Shown: positions 11,633 to 22,306, numbered from the stretch's first letter. The stretch: 34,551 nucleotides of DNA from Chloropicon primus (GCA_023205875.1 CP060757.1:1426001-1460551); one strand, 5' to 3'. Program-made: numbers and translations. The notes: generated by a model not told the origin, from the sequence alone.

Positions 11633-12526
11633 AGTAAAAAATAAAGATTTAGTTTCTGTTTTGGTAAAACATCCTATTAGCCTGTGTACGCTCCCTTCCC
11701 ATCCAAGGCTTCGAACCATGGCCTCGGCGACAAGTTTCACGCCCATGCTTTCGGCCACCTTCCTCGCTCGCTGCGTTATTCTTTTTTGGGGCGTGAGGGA
11801 GAAGTAAAATCTTCCCTTCCCTTTTTCGCCCTTTCTGCTCTCTCGTCTTGGTGTTACAACTGTCCCCTGTATCCCCACACCACACAAAGATCCCCTGAAC
11901 TCTACGATTACGATGACGATGACGATGATGGGACCTGGGACCTCACACCGGGTATCTCCACTGAAACTCCAAAGATGCTCATGATGGTCACGTGATAAGG
12001 GATCGTCGCCACAAGTCGGAAGGCAAACGAAGGGCTGGACCAAACTACAAGGACGAGGAGAAGGGTGTTGTGGGCAGGAAGACACGACACCGACACCAGT
12101 GACCACCATCACCAAGACGACGAGGAGACAACTCAATAGAGGAACACCGCATTACGAGTGCTGGGTGTGGCGACGGTACGACTTACCACACGACGGCGAA
12201 GACGAGACGACCAAGGAGGAGACCAAGGGAAAGGGAAAGGCGGGAACTTGGGGGGAGAGCCGCGCTCCAAGGAGACAAGACATTGCAAAAGAGCTGGCAG
12301 ACGACCGAGGGTGGTGCACTCGGGGCAGAAAGACAGACGGAACACACGGGAGCGGAGGCCTCCAAGGAGTGAGGAGAAGAGGAGAAGGATATCCTTGTCC
12401 CACCTCTGAGTTGTCGTGCCAACCTTCTAACGGCAGAACCCCAAGGAGAGCGGGGGACCTGCCGCAAGACCCTGTCCGAGTCCCGCGACTCTCGCAGAAT
12501 AGAAGGACACGGCACGACACACGAAG

Positions 12527-13336
12527 ATGATTGAGCTGGGGACCATGCTCATCCTCGGGGGGTGCCTCGTTTACAGCCTGTTCAACGCTCTGTTCTTCGT
12601 GTTTGTGTACTACCGCCGAAGGCAGCTGGAGAGGGAGGACGGGCTGTCGATCGCTATGCACTCCCCCTCCAACTTGCTTTTCCAGAGCGTACAGTCCGGG
12701 TTCAACTTCCAGGTGGTCCCGATAGAGAAGCCCCTCTCGCACAACGCCTGGCTTCACCAGGTGGCGATGAAGCATCTGTGCACGTCAAACAAGCTCGTGG
12801 GGATCAAGTCGATCGACCCAGGGCTCGTGTGTCGGGCGGCGCCCACCACGATCCAACCGGGGGACATCCTGCTCAGGATAAGGAATCTGCACGGGCCCTT
12901 CACGGACCTCAAGATGGTCACGAGGTTCTTCCACCAGAACAGGAAGTTCGACACGCCCGTGCTCGTGTACCGCTTCGATCAAGAGTCTTGTAAAGGGGAA
13001 ATACTGGACTTGGTGATCAAGCCATCCACCGAGCTGCTGAAAGCGACTTTCGAGAAGATGCCGGTGAAGACGGACAAGTGCCTCGTCGATGCGCTCAAGC
13101 CCAAGGCCGCCAAGCAGAAGGACGAGGTCTACGTCCTGAATAAGCACCAAGCTCCCGACGAGTTGGACGAGAACTTTGAGAATACCTGTGGGATCTGCTT
13201 TGAGAACTATCCGAACGCCATCTTGCACCCATGCAAGCACAGGATCTGCGTGAACTGCCACAATCAGATGTATGTCAAGAGCTGCCCCTACTGCAGGGAG
13301 CCCATCAAACGGTGCCAGTACGAGCTCCTGATATAG
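12527..13336 (+). CDS. Membrane-anchored RING-HC protein with a possible degenerate PDZ-like middle region, 269 aa
   Basis: N-terminal TM (LILGGCLVYSLFNALFFVFVYY-RRR). C-terminal RING CGIC..PCKHRICVNC..CPYCR. The segment IKSIDPG..IQPGDILLRI resembles the PDZ core. Confidence 0.85.
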   Translation: MIELGTMLILGGCLVYSLFNALFFVFVYYRRRQLEREDGLSIAMHSPSNLLFQSVQSGFNFQVVPIEKPLSHNAWLHQVAMKHLCTSNKLVGIKSIDPGLVCRAAPTTIQPGDILLRIRNLHGPFTDLKMVTRFFHQNRKFDTPVLVYRFDQESCKGEILDLVIKPSTELLKATFEKMPVKTDKCLVDALKPKAAKQKDEVYVLNKHQAPDELDENFENTCGICFENYPNAILHPCKHRICVNCHNQMYVKSCPYCREPIKRCQYELLI

Positions 13337-13428
13337 TTCTCTGTATGTATACGAGTATTGTTGCATGTATCAATAAACACAGAATAAACTTCACTGACCT
13401 GTGTAAAAACAGAAACAGATTATATATC

Positions 13429-15615
13429 TTATAGTTTCTCGAGTCCTTTGAGGCACGAAAGGAGGTCCTTCTGGTGCGCTTTGGTCTTCTGCGTCCTCTT
13501 CAAGTACGCCGACGAAGCCTTCACCAGACCCTCTTTGTCCAGGCACCCTTCGCCCTTGAAGCCGAAGACAACCTTGTTCACGTCATCCTCCGTTCGTACG
13601 CAGAACAGGTTGCTAAAGGCAGTCTTCAGCGTCTCCGCCGCTTGCGCGAAGGCGTTGTTCGATCTCGACACGACGTTCACGGCCATTAATCCAGTGTCGG
13701 CGAGTATCCCAGAAACGCCCTTGAGGAAGTCCACCTCCAGAAACTCCTTGGGGGGGCACGAGATGCTTTCCGAGGAGCTTCCAGAGGCGTCTATGACGAC
13801 CACGTCGAATTTTGATTGCTCCTGGCCTCCTTCAAGCGAGGAACGATAGTCCCTGATGTATTTCAATCCATCCCCAACCAAGGACCTGAGGTCCCCCGTC
13901 TCCTCGAAGCCAAAGTAGTCCTTCGCGAGTCCCTCCACCACGGGATCCAGCTCCACGACGGTGACGTCGGCTGAGAACTGTTGGGATATGAACATTGGAA
14001 GTCCACCGCCACCCAGGCCCACCAGGAGGACTCTTAGCTTTCCCGCAGTTTTTTTGCCCACTCCACTGCCTCCCAGGCAGACCCCCGCGGAGATCGGGAG
14101 GTGGTAGTCGCACGAGAGGAACGAGTGGTCGATCCCTTTGTCAGGGTTCGTGAGCAGAGCCTCACTTTGAATCAGATTGCTGGACTTCAAGAATATCATC
14201 CTTCTGAAACTCTTCGACTTTTTGCCCTCCTGCAACGTCACGTCTTCGACGACCACGTCGCCGTTCAGGTCAGAGGTGCACTTGTGGATGCACTCCCTCT
14301 GCCCCAGGCCCTCCTGGATCGTCAAGTAGGGAACCTTGACTTTGCCGTCCCTGCACGTTGCCTGGGCCAACTCTGTGACCCATGGCGAGAGCTCTGCTTG
14401 GATTTCCTCCATTGTTCCATAGGGTTGCCCCCTCTCTAGCGACACTATGATTAGCCTGAGCACGCCGCAGCCGCTCAAAAGCTCCTTCTGACCCTCCCCC
14501 GAGCTGAAGAGCCACTCGTGCTCACGACCCTGGGGCACGAGGAACACGGCACAGGGCTTCTGCTCCCCCCCCTTCTCCTCCAGATCGAGCACCACGGCGC
14601 GGAAGCGGGGTGCTGTGTTCGCTCTCAAGAAGACCGCCTGGCTCGGGATGTCCTGGGGAAGGTCCAGGGCGATCCTCTGCCCCGCGCGAATATCAGAGAG
14701 GGACCTCCTCAAGTCATTTGCGTGATTCCTCCTCTTTAAGACCTCCTGGTACCGCTCCTTCGCAGCTTCCTTCCACCGCGTCACCTGCGCCCTCGTCTGC
14801 TTCATTTGTTCCGTCTCCTTGCTTCCACCGCGCGCCTTCCCGTAGGTCTTGAAGTCAAACTCGAGGTCCAGAATCGGAACCTCCTTGCCCTCACCCGCGT
14901 CCTCCTTGGTGGCCACGATAGCGAAGGGTTGCCAGGGCGAGTCCCTCATGTCCCGCGTCGCTGGTATCGAGTGAACCCTGAGCTTCCATCCGCTCCCCCC
15001 CTCGCTCAGCGCCGAGAAGGAATCCAAGATGGTCTCCATCACGTGCTCCTGCGCCAAGGTCACGATCACGTACGCCCTGGGGCCCACCTCGAGGCCTCGG
15101 GCTTTGGCCTCGGAGTCAGCGTCAGTCGCCTTCGTTTCGCACAGAACTCTCTTTACCTCCTGCAGAAACTTTTTCCCTGAGGCGGTCCCTTCCTCGTCCT
15201 CCGCGTCACCCATGAGCGCGTCGAGGGAGCCCTTGTCCACCACAACGTCGAAGGACCCGTCCTCGAAAGACCTCAGGTCCGTCATGTCCATCACCTTCCA
15301 ACGCATTTTGGGTCGCGACCTGACGTTCTGCATCAGCATCTCCCTCACGCACGTCTCGCTGAAGTCGACGTTGACGATTTGCTCGAAGCCCGCGTCGTAC
15401 AGGTCGCCGCTCAGGCACGAGTTTCCACAACCCGGAACCAGGATCCTTGCCTCCGGTTTCCCTAGGGTCGCCCTGAGGAGGGGTCCCAATGTCGTCCAGT
15501 CGCCATACCACTCGAAGGCCTTCCCCTCCCGCGCCACGAAGAAACCCTCCCAGAACTTGCGGGTTCTGAAGTCACTGTACTCGTCGGGCACCAGGGCGCT
15601 CGCTCCCCCCGTCAT
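13429..15615 (-). CDS. METTL13: eEF1A lysine and N-terminal methyltransferase (METTL13-like), 728 aa
   Basis: Two SAM-MTase domains: FEWYG..ILVPGCGNS..VVDKGSLDAL and VGLGGGGLP..VELDP..GDG, linked by FLVPQGREHEWLFS. ATG is at 15615; the ORF track start at 15618 is GTG. Confidence 0.93.
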   Translation of the reverse strand: MTGGASALVPDEYSDFRTRKFWEGFFVAREGKAFEWYGDWTTLGPLLRATLGKPEARILVPGCGNSCLSGDLYDAGFEQIVNVDFSETCVREMLMQNVRSRPKMRWKVMDMTDLRSFEDGSFDVVVDKGSLDALMGDAEDEEGTASGKKFLQEVKRVLCETKATDADSEAKARGLEVGPRAYVIVTLAQEHVMETILDSFSALSEGGSGWKLRVHSIPATRDMRDSPWQPFAIVATKEDAGEGKEVPILDLEFDFKTYGKARGGSKETEQMKQTRAQVTRWKEAAKERYQEVLKRRNHANDLRRSLSDIRAGQRIALDLPQDIPSQAVFLRANTAPRFRAVVLDLEEKGGEQKPCAVFLVPQGREHEWLFSSGEGQKELLSGCGVLRLIIVSLERGQPYGTMEEIQAELSPWVTELAQATCRDGKVKVPYLTIQEGLGQRECIHKCTSDLNGDVVVEDVTLQEGKKSKSFRRMIFLKSSNLIQSEALLTNPDKGIDHSFLSCDYHLPISAGVCLGGSGVGKKTAGKLRVLLVGLGGGGLPMFISQQFSADVTVVELDPVVEGLAKDYFGFEETGDLRSLVGDGLKYIRDYRSSLEGGQEQSKFDVVVIDASGSSSESISCPPKEFLEVDFLKGVSGILADTGLMAVNVVSRSNNAFAQAAETLKTAFSNLFCVRTEDDVNKVVFGFKGEGCLDKEGLVKASSAYLKRTQKTKAHQKDLLSCLKGLEKL

Positions 15616-15825
15616 CACGACACCACAACGCCCTTCCTTCTCTCCCTCTCTCTCTCTCTCCCTCTGCGCCTCGAGCCGCCTCCAGGGCGTTGCAGGTTTG
15701 GGGAACGAGGGGAACGAGGGGAGGAGGATGGTGGAGGTGGATTACGTTACGATGGAGGAAGGGGGAGAGGGGATGGAGGGGGGGTGTGGGAACACGCACC
15801 AAGGGATTGAAAACTTTAGGATTGT

Positions 15826-16712
15826 TCACCAATCTTTTCTCCTCCTCTCTTTCTTTTTCATCGAGTGCTTCTTCTTCTTGTCCAGCCGCTTCTCGTTGGC
15901 CTGCCTGAGCTTCTTCTTCATCTTCTTCTCCTTCACGGGGTTGGACTCGATGGGGAGCAAGGAAGTCACCGCATCGTCCAGGAACCGCTGCATCTTCGCC
16001 ATGGCGTCCTCCAAGTTCTTCTTCTGCGTCCTGTGCTTGGTCGACGACACGACCAGCTCCCCTTCCTTGTTGATTCGATTCTTCTCCTGATGGGTGGCGA
16101 CATGGAACGAGCAAAAGAGAAGAAGCACCAGGTCCCGTTAGCAACTGTCCCGAGGGCGTCTTCCCTCGTGCACTCCCGTCGACGGCTTACCTTTCGCATG
16201 ACCTGCCTCTTGACCTGCGGCGGGATCCAATCCTGCCGGTCGAGGTCCAGCCTTACATCTGCCTTGGTGTTCACCTTGTTCACGTTCTGACCTCCCGCGC
16301 CCCCCGACCGGATGAACTTGACCTCCACGTCCTCTCGCGTCACTGGCCTCACGTTGTACACGCCCCTCTCGATCTCCTCCTCCTCCTCCTCCCCTTCCCT
16401 TTCCTCCGGACCCTCCGTCGAAGCGACCCCCGTCGACAAGTTCGCTCGCAGAGGAGTTGGCCCGGCCGTCCTCGCACTGCTCGCCATCAGTCGCCCCCAG
16501 GAGCATTGCCTGAGCCCCAGCCCCAGCCCCAGCCCCAGCCCCCCTTCCCTCGTCCCAGTCCCAGTCGCAGGTTCCCCCCTTCCCGTTCCCCTCGTCGTCC
16601 TGGTCCTCGCCCCCTCGCGTCCTCCCCCAAGTGCCTGCGTGTATTTGTTCCTCCAGTATTGTAGTGACCCCATCGCCACCCTCCCCACCCTCCTCGCCCC
16701 ACTTCCCCTCAT
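15826..16712 (-). CDS. ICT1: Organellar peptidyl-tRNA hydrolase, ICT1/ArfB (YaeJ)-like; exons 16712 (or 16673)-16191 and 16086-15826
   Basis: RSGGAGGQNVNKVNTK (GGQ motif), then EKNRINKEGELVV.S..RTQ..N, and a basic C-terminal tail. Phase-0 intron 16190-16087 (GTAAGC..GCTAAC..CAG). Confidence 0.9.
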
Positions 16713-16981
16713 CCTCCTCCTCCTCCCCCAAGGCGCAGGCGCAGACTCCTGGCTCCCTTTTTACTTTTTCACTCGTCCTCCACGATAAGGTTTTATCCAA
16801 AACGAGAGGAGGAGACGAGCGGAGAGCGGAAGACCAAGACCAAGACCAAGGGAGGGGCAGAGGGAGGGGGCTGGGTCTCTGTCTCTGTCTGTGGGGCTGT
16901 GGAGTGGGCTGCCTGGGGGGGAACCCTTCCCTTCACGAAGGCGTGTCCCTTTGGTGGGGAACAAGGCGAGACCAGGGGAAG

Positions 16982-18754
16982 ATGGATTCGGTGAGCCTGG
17001 GGCTGAGGAGGACGAGGTGGAGGGCGAGGCTATGGAGCACGACGACCAGGAAGGTGAGGTATGGATCGAGGGCGTACGCAGCGGGGAGGACGGACTTGGG
17101 GCGAGAGATCCTCGTCGGGGGGGAGACATCCTCTTCGGCGACGTCCTCCTCGATTGGGCGAGTCACTCGGCTGGTGGCCGAGGAGGGGGTGACCTGCGAG
17201 GAGGTTGCCAATGCGCAGCTGCAGCAGATTCACAAGCTCGAGCCGAGGCTGCGCAGCTTCATGCCGAACCCTTTGGCGGGAGGGGCGTCCGTCTCGGAGC
17301 GAGTGCTTGAGGAGGCCAGGGGTCTGGACCGGCGCCTCAAGTCCCTGACGGCGGCGGAGAGGAGGACCCGGTTCCCCCTCGCCGGCGTCTGCCTCGCGGT
17401 GAAGGACAACATCTGCGTGAAGGGCTGGAAGGCCACGGCGGGAAGCATGAGCCTGTCGGACTACGTCCCCCCCCAGGACGCCACGGTCGTCGAGGCGCTG
17501 AAGCGGAAGGGGTGCCTGGTGGTGGGAAAGACGCTGTGCGACGAGTTTGGCATGGGTTCCACGACGGAGTCCTCCGCCAGCCAGGGCGACGGGCGGGCGC
17601 ACGCCCAAGGGCAAGAGCCTTGGTCGACGAGGAACCCGTGGGACGTGCTGCGGGTGCCCGGGGGGTCGAGCGGCGGAAGCGCGGCCGCCGTGAGCGCCAG
17701 GCAGTGCACCGTGGCCCTGGGGACGGACACCGGGGGGAGTGTCAGGCAGCCTGCCTCCTTCTGCGGGGTGGTGGGCCTGAAGCCCACCTACGGGAGGGTG
17801 AGCCGATTCGGCATCATCGCTTACGCGAGCTCCTTGGACGTTCCGGGGTGCATGGGGCCTACCGTCAGCGACTGCGCGGCAATGCTCGACCACATCGCGG
17901 GCCAAGATCCTTTGGACGCGTCTTCGGCTGCCACTCCCCTTCCGCCCTCCCTTCCCGCGGGCTACCTGCACCAGGCGACGGAGGGGGGCGAGAACGCCAG
18001 GCCCCTGGAGGGCCTCAGGGTCGGCGTGGTCGCCCAAACGATGCAAGAGGACGGGAGGCTAGACGACAGGGTGCTCGGGGTGATGAACGACTCGCTGGAC
18101 AAGCTGAGGGAACTGGGGTGCGTGGTCGAGATGGTGGACGTGCCAACCTTCGACCTGGGTTTGCCTGCCTACTATATTACTGCAGCGTCCGAGGCCAGCA
18201 GCAACCTGTCGAGGTACGACGGGCTCAGGTACCCCAACAAGGGGGGCGACTCCTCCCAAAGCAAAGCCTTGGACGCTTCCCTGATGGAGGCGATATCCGG
18301 GAACCGAGGCCACCTGCTGGGGGATGAGCCTCTGAGGAGAATCCTGATGGGCACCTACACCCTCTCGGAGGGCTACGGCGATGCCTTGTACAAGAAGGCC
18401 CAGGTGGTGAGGAAGAAGGTGCAGGGCGATATGCTGGCCCAGCTCGGGAAGCACGACGTGCTGCTGACGCCCACCGCCCCGACGCCCGCCTACAGAGCCG
18501 ACGACAAGTCGCTGCTGGACCCGCTGCAGATGTACCTCGGGGACGTGATGACGGTGAACGTGAACCTGGCCGGGTTCCCGGCCATCTCGGTGCCAGCAGG
18601 GCTGGTGGACGATCAGGACGGAGGGGGCAAGCTGCCCGTGGGAGTACAGTTCATCGGCGGTCCCTTCGAGGAGGCGAAGATATTGAGGGTCGCGCACTTC
18701 TTCGAACGCAGCGCGAAGATCGACACGGTGCCGCCGATGTGCTTGGAAAGCTAA
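16982..18754 (+). CDS. gatA: Glutamyl-tRNA(Gln) amidotransferase subunit A, organellar, 590 aa
   Basis: Amidase signature: VKDNI, DEFGMGS.TE, PGGSSGGSAAAV, GTDTGGSVRQPA and SSNLSRYDGLRY. Arg/Ser-rich presequence. Confidence 0.95.
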   Translation: MDSVSLGLRRTRWRARLWSTTTRKVRYGSRAYAAGRTDLGREILVGGETSSSATSSSIGRVTRLVAEEGVTCEEVANAQLQQIHKLEPRLRSFMPNPLAGGASVSERVLEEARGLDRRLKSLTAAERRTRFPLAGVCLAVKDNICVKGWKATAGSMSLSDYVPPQDATVVEALKRKGCLVVGKTLCDEFGMGSTTESSASQGDGRAHAQGQEPWSTRNPWDVLRVPGGSSGGSAAAVSARQCTVALGTDTGGSVRQPASFCGVVGLKPTYGRVSRFGIIAYASSLDVPGCMGPTVSDCAAMLDHIAGQDPLDASSAATPLPPSLPAGYLHQATEGGENARPLEGLRVGVVAQTMQEDGRLDDRVLGVMNDSLDKLRELGCVVEMVDVPTFDLGLPAYYITAASEASSNLSRYDGLRYPNKGGDSSQSKALDASLMEAISGNRGHLLGDEPLRRILMGTYTLSEGYGDALYKKAQVVRKKVQGDMLAQLGKHDVLLTPTAPTPAYRADDKSLLDPLQMYLGDVMTVNVNLAGFPAISVPAGLVDDQDGGGKLPVGVQFIGGPFEEAKILRVAHFFERSAKIDTVPPMCLES

Positions 18755-18838
18755 AAAAAAAGGTTATTATTTGTTGCACCGTGTGTCTGAAAGAAAGTAA
18801 AAACCTTGTCGTGAAAACCTTGTCTTGCGGAGAGCTTG

Positions 18839-19389
18839 TTACTTTTTGGGAACCGGCACCCCTTGCACGACGGCCGGCGGAGGCGGCGGGATGCTTTGGA
18901 TGGGCGGGGCCACCGTCTGCACGGGCTTCATGCACGGGTTGACCTGCGTGGCGCCCCTGTTCTTCAGCTCCCTCGCTTCCTGGCAGAGCGCGCACCTGAT
19001 GCACCAGAAGTGAGTGCAGCAGTCCCCGCACGGCTCCGCCTTGAGCCCGTAGGTGGTCCTTATGTTCTGCCTCGACTGGTACGAGAGGCACGGCAGGAAG
19101 CACGGGCAGAAGACGCGGAGCCAGAAGAAAGCGCAGCAGTCCGGCATGAACTGGCCGATCCCCTCGATCTTCTCCTTGTTCTGCCCGTACAGGACGGAGG
19201 GCACCCACCACCCGATGCAGCACGACTCGCAGTCTGACGTGCAGTCACATATCCCACTTGACACAGGTTACGGTTACGCACGAGTCGACAAGTCGTGGGG
19301 GAGCGTTATCAGTAACGGTTGTTCTGACGGAGGTTTCTGCGTTTTTCTTCCCCTTACCTGGACCACTTTTGCTCTTCCTGTTGCGCCAT
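18839..19389 (-). CDS. PLAC8/PCR-family Cys-rich protein; exons 19389 (or 19467)-19358 and 19256-18839
   Basis: Spliced sequence KWS|SGICDC..D..SCC..W.P..LYGQ..R..Y.L...PCGDCCTHFWC..CALCQEARELK. Intron 19357-19257 (GTAAG..AAG). Confidence 0.9.
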
Positions 19390-19663
19390 CGTCCACGTCC
19401 TTTGGTTGACGACCACGACCTGTTGGTACCCGTTTCCGATGAGAGTGTACCCCAACCCCTGGTTCATGCACACCCACCACACCTGGCTCTTCCTCTTCTC
19501 CTTCTCTTCTTTTGTGTTCGGCGCCCCAGACAAGCGTTATCTTATCGATAATCAATAGGGTTTGGGTTATAGATATTTTTTGAGAGCAGAGAGCGGCGAC
19601 AAGGCGAGGGGGAAGAAGATCGAGAACGAGAACGAGAACGAGAACGACAAGGAGAAGGAGAGA

Positions 19664-20687
19664 ATGGCGGAGGTGTTGTTGTACGACCACGGGCCGTCGC
19701 CCTTTGCGAGGATCGTGAGGCTCCTGCTGGCCGAGAAGAATTTGGGGTACAAGAAGCGAGACGTGGACTACATGGCCAAGTCCGAGCACTTTGAGCCCTG
19801 GTACGCGCACGTCAATCCCAAGATGCAGGTGCCGAGCATGACCGTCAAGGCGGAGGGGAAGGACAAGGTCACGCTCACGGACAGCCACGACATTCTCGTT
19901 TACATGGAGAAGGACTTCGAGGGCGGCACGGCGCTGGTGGACCCGAGGAAGCAGAGGGACACCTGGGCCTTCGTGGACGCCTTCTACGACATCAAGCCGA
20001 TGGCTCTGTTCTACCAGAACTTCAGGGACAAGTCCCCCGCCGTCCTGGAAATGATGAAGGACATGCATCGCAAGTGGGTGCAGGTGGTGGAAGGGAACGC
20101 CGAGAAGTACCCGGAGCTCAAGGTAAGCCCCAACCGCGTTGCTTTGCGCTCGTCGCATCGGCGCTGACCCTTCCCTCTCTTTGTTTCGACTGCGCTCCCA
20201 GGACGTCTACCTGAAGAAGAAGGAGGACATGCTGGCCTACAGGGCCGCCTACATGGAGAGCTCGGACGCGTTCGCACCCAACAAGAAGAAGGTGGACGAC
20301 TTGGTGGACCGGGCGGAGGAGTTGCTCAAGGACAGCGAGACCGGGTTCCTCTTCGGGGATTACTCCGTTGCGGACGTGACCCTCACCTGCATGCTCGCCA
20401 TGCTGGTCTCTTTCGGCTTCTGCTCCTTGGAGGACAAGCCAAACGTTGCCAAGTTCTACAATGCTGCGAAGAAGAGACCGAGCTGGAAGGCCGCGGACAT
20501 CCAAGACACGATCCCTCTGAAGATGAAGATCATGATGGCCGTCGGCTCCTTCATCTACAAGATCAAGGCGGCGATCATGCCCAAAGTGAACGAGGGGATG
20601 AAGGAAGCGGACAAGATCGTTTCGGAGATCAAGGAGACGGCCACGGAGTCTCTGGACAAGGCCATAGGGGTGTCTCAGTCAAAGTGA
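19664..20687 (+). CDS. Glutathione S-transferase family protein (GDAP1/TCHQD-like); exons 19664-20122 and 20202-20687, 314 aa
   Basis: SPFARIVRLLLAEK, EHFEPWYAHVNP..QVP, TLTDS..I..Y in the N-domain. FLFGDYSVADV and PNVAKFY...KRPSW in the C-domain. 79-bp phase-0 intron. Confidence 0.88.
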
Positions 20688-20817
20688 GGTTGCCCGAAGG
20701 CCTCGCGCGGGTGGAGACAGGGGATCGTTGAAGATGTCAAGAAAAGAAAGGGTAAAAAGAAAACCAATGTATTGAAAGGCTGGCTAGCTAGGCGCTTTCT
20801 TCTCGCCTCGACTCGCA

Positions 20818-21210
20818 TCACTTCTTGACACCCGGGTAGTTTGGCGGAGGCTGGGCCACCACAGCGGGGGCCGTTGGGTTGTAGCCCGGCTGCGGCGGGT
20901 AGGGAAGCGCCACCGGCGGCTGGGGGCCGTAGCCTTGCTGTGCCTGTGGGTACCCGTAGGCTTGCTGTCCGTAGGCTTGCTGTGTCTGGTTGTTAGGGTA
21001 ACCTGGCGGTGCCTGGGCAGCCATGCCGGGGTAGCCCTGGGGCATCCCCCCTTGCTGGTACCCCTGCGCGCCGTAATTCGGTTGCTGAGGGCCGCAACAG
21101 CCCTGTGCCTGTGGCTGATTCCTGCCGCCACAGCACGCCTGGAAGAGGCACACAGCAAGGCCTCCGAGGCACAGGATCTCGCAACAATCGACATCGCCCC
21201 CTTTCCCCAT
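20818..21210 (-). CDS. Small protein with a Cys-rich hydrophobic N-terminus and a Pro/Gln/Gly/Tyr-rich tail, 130 aa
   Basis: MGKGGDVDCCEILCLGGLAVCLFQACCGGRN followed by QGY/PGY repeats. The upstream part of the track ORF is microsatellite and probably non-coding. Confidence 0.7.
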   Translation of the reverse strand: MGKGGDVDCCEILCLGGLAVCLFQACCGGRNQPQAQGCCGPQQPNYGAQGYQQGGMPQGYPGMAAQAPPGYPNNQTQQAYGQQAYGYPQAQQGYGPQPPVALPYPPQPGYNPTAPAVVAQPPPNYPGVKK

Positions 21211-21338
21211 AGTGACTCCACTCCTGCAAGAGCCCCAAAACGCAAACGCACAGAAAAACGAGTGAAGAGGGAACCTCGTCAGCTTCCACGGAGACGTCAC
21301 AGCCCTTCTCGCGAGCAAGAGAACGACGCCACTCGCTC

Positions 21339-21341
<3 letters not shown>

Positions 21342-21375
<34 letters not shown>

Positions 21376-21410
21376 GTTGTGTGTGTGTGTGTGTGTGTCT
21401 CTCTCTCTCT
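21342..21410. repeat. Compound (CT)n/(GT)n microsatellite
   Basis: Directly visible dinucleotide runs. Confidence 0.9.
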
Positions 21411-21820
21411 GTCTTGTGTGTTTCTTTCTTTTGTGTCGTGTTCGTGTCGCGTGTTCGTGTGCCGACCTTGTTGCTCGTGTCCTCGTACGTAAAAGAAAGA
21501 AGGAGAAGAAGGTTTCGTGCGCGTTTCGCTTGCTCCCTTGCCCCCCCCCCCTCTCTCTCTCGGTTGTTTTGTTCTCCCAAGTGCGACAGGGTCGCTCGCG
21601 CGTTACGATTCTACTAATGTGAGTGTGACCGCATCCCTCCGTCTCCACAAGAACAAGAACAAGAGAGCGCAGGACGAGGAGGGAGAAGAGGATACAATAC
21701 AATGAGGATGGGGTTGGTTATGCGATGCAGGACGAGGGACACAAGATGAACTGCGTTCTCGTTCTCGTTCTCGTTCTTGTTGGCCTCCTCCTGATCACCA
21801 ACGCTGGCTGGCTCGCCGGC

Positions 21821-22306
21821 CTAGACCTGGTTGTGGGTTGTGGGGTATCCAGGGGGCGGCGTGGCCTGGACGATGTAAGGCTGGGGGTACGCGTGACCGC
21901 CAGCGGGGGGCATGGGTCCTGGGACGGGCCCGGAAGGGTGCACGGGGTAACCGGGAGCGGCCGGAGGTCCGCCTGGGTAACCACCCGGGGTGGGTCCGTG
22001 GTACTCGGGCGGGAACTGTACTCCCGGGGGGGCCGCGTTGTAAGCAGCCGCGCTCGGGGCGTACGGGCGTCCCTGGCCGCACCCCGGCGTGGGTCCGTAG
22101 GCCCCGCACTGGGCGTCCGCGTGGGGCGAGTACGGGGAGGCGTGAGGCCTTCCGTGGACGTTCGCGCGGCACCTCCCGTACTGGTCGCAGTGCGGACACA
22201 TGTGGGGGTTGTGCGCCCTCGGCGGCGCCCTCGCCCTGTTCCTGTCCCCTCCGAACAACAGGTACCACGCCGCACAGCATCCCGCCATGCAGATATAATC
22301 GTCCAT
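21821..22306 (-). CDS. Small protein with a Cys-rich hydrophobic N-terminus and a Pro/Gly/Tyr-rich tail, 161 aa; likely paralogue of 20818-21210
   Basis: MDDYICMAGCCAAWYLLFGGDRN followed by PPGY/PPEY-containing low-complexity sequence. Confidence 0.7.
   Translation of the reverse strand: MDDYICMAGCCAAWYLLFGGDRNRARAPPRAHNPHMCPHCDQYGRCRANVHGRPHASPYSPHADAQCGAYGPTPGCGQGRPYAPSAAAYNAAPPGVQFPPEYHGPTPGGYPGGPPAAPGYPVHPSGPVPGPMPPAGGHAYPQPYIVQATPPPGYPTTHNQV

Noticed and set aside
11633..12526. Possible extra gene or ncRNA between RPB1 and the RING gene
   Set aside because: Only short low-complexity ORFs, with no recognisable protein or RNA motif. Likely UTR/promoter, but cannot be excluded without RNA-seq.
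21211..21702. N-terminal extension of track ORF 20818..21702
   Set aside because: Translates microsatellites (RERERE, THTHTH). An acceptor and branch point just upstream of ATG 21210 suggest a 5'UTR intron instead.
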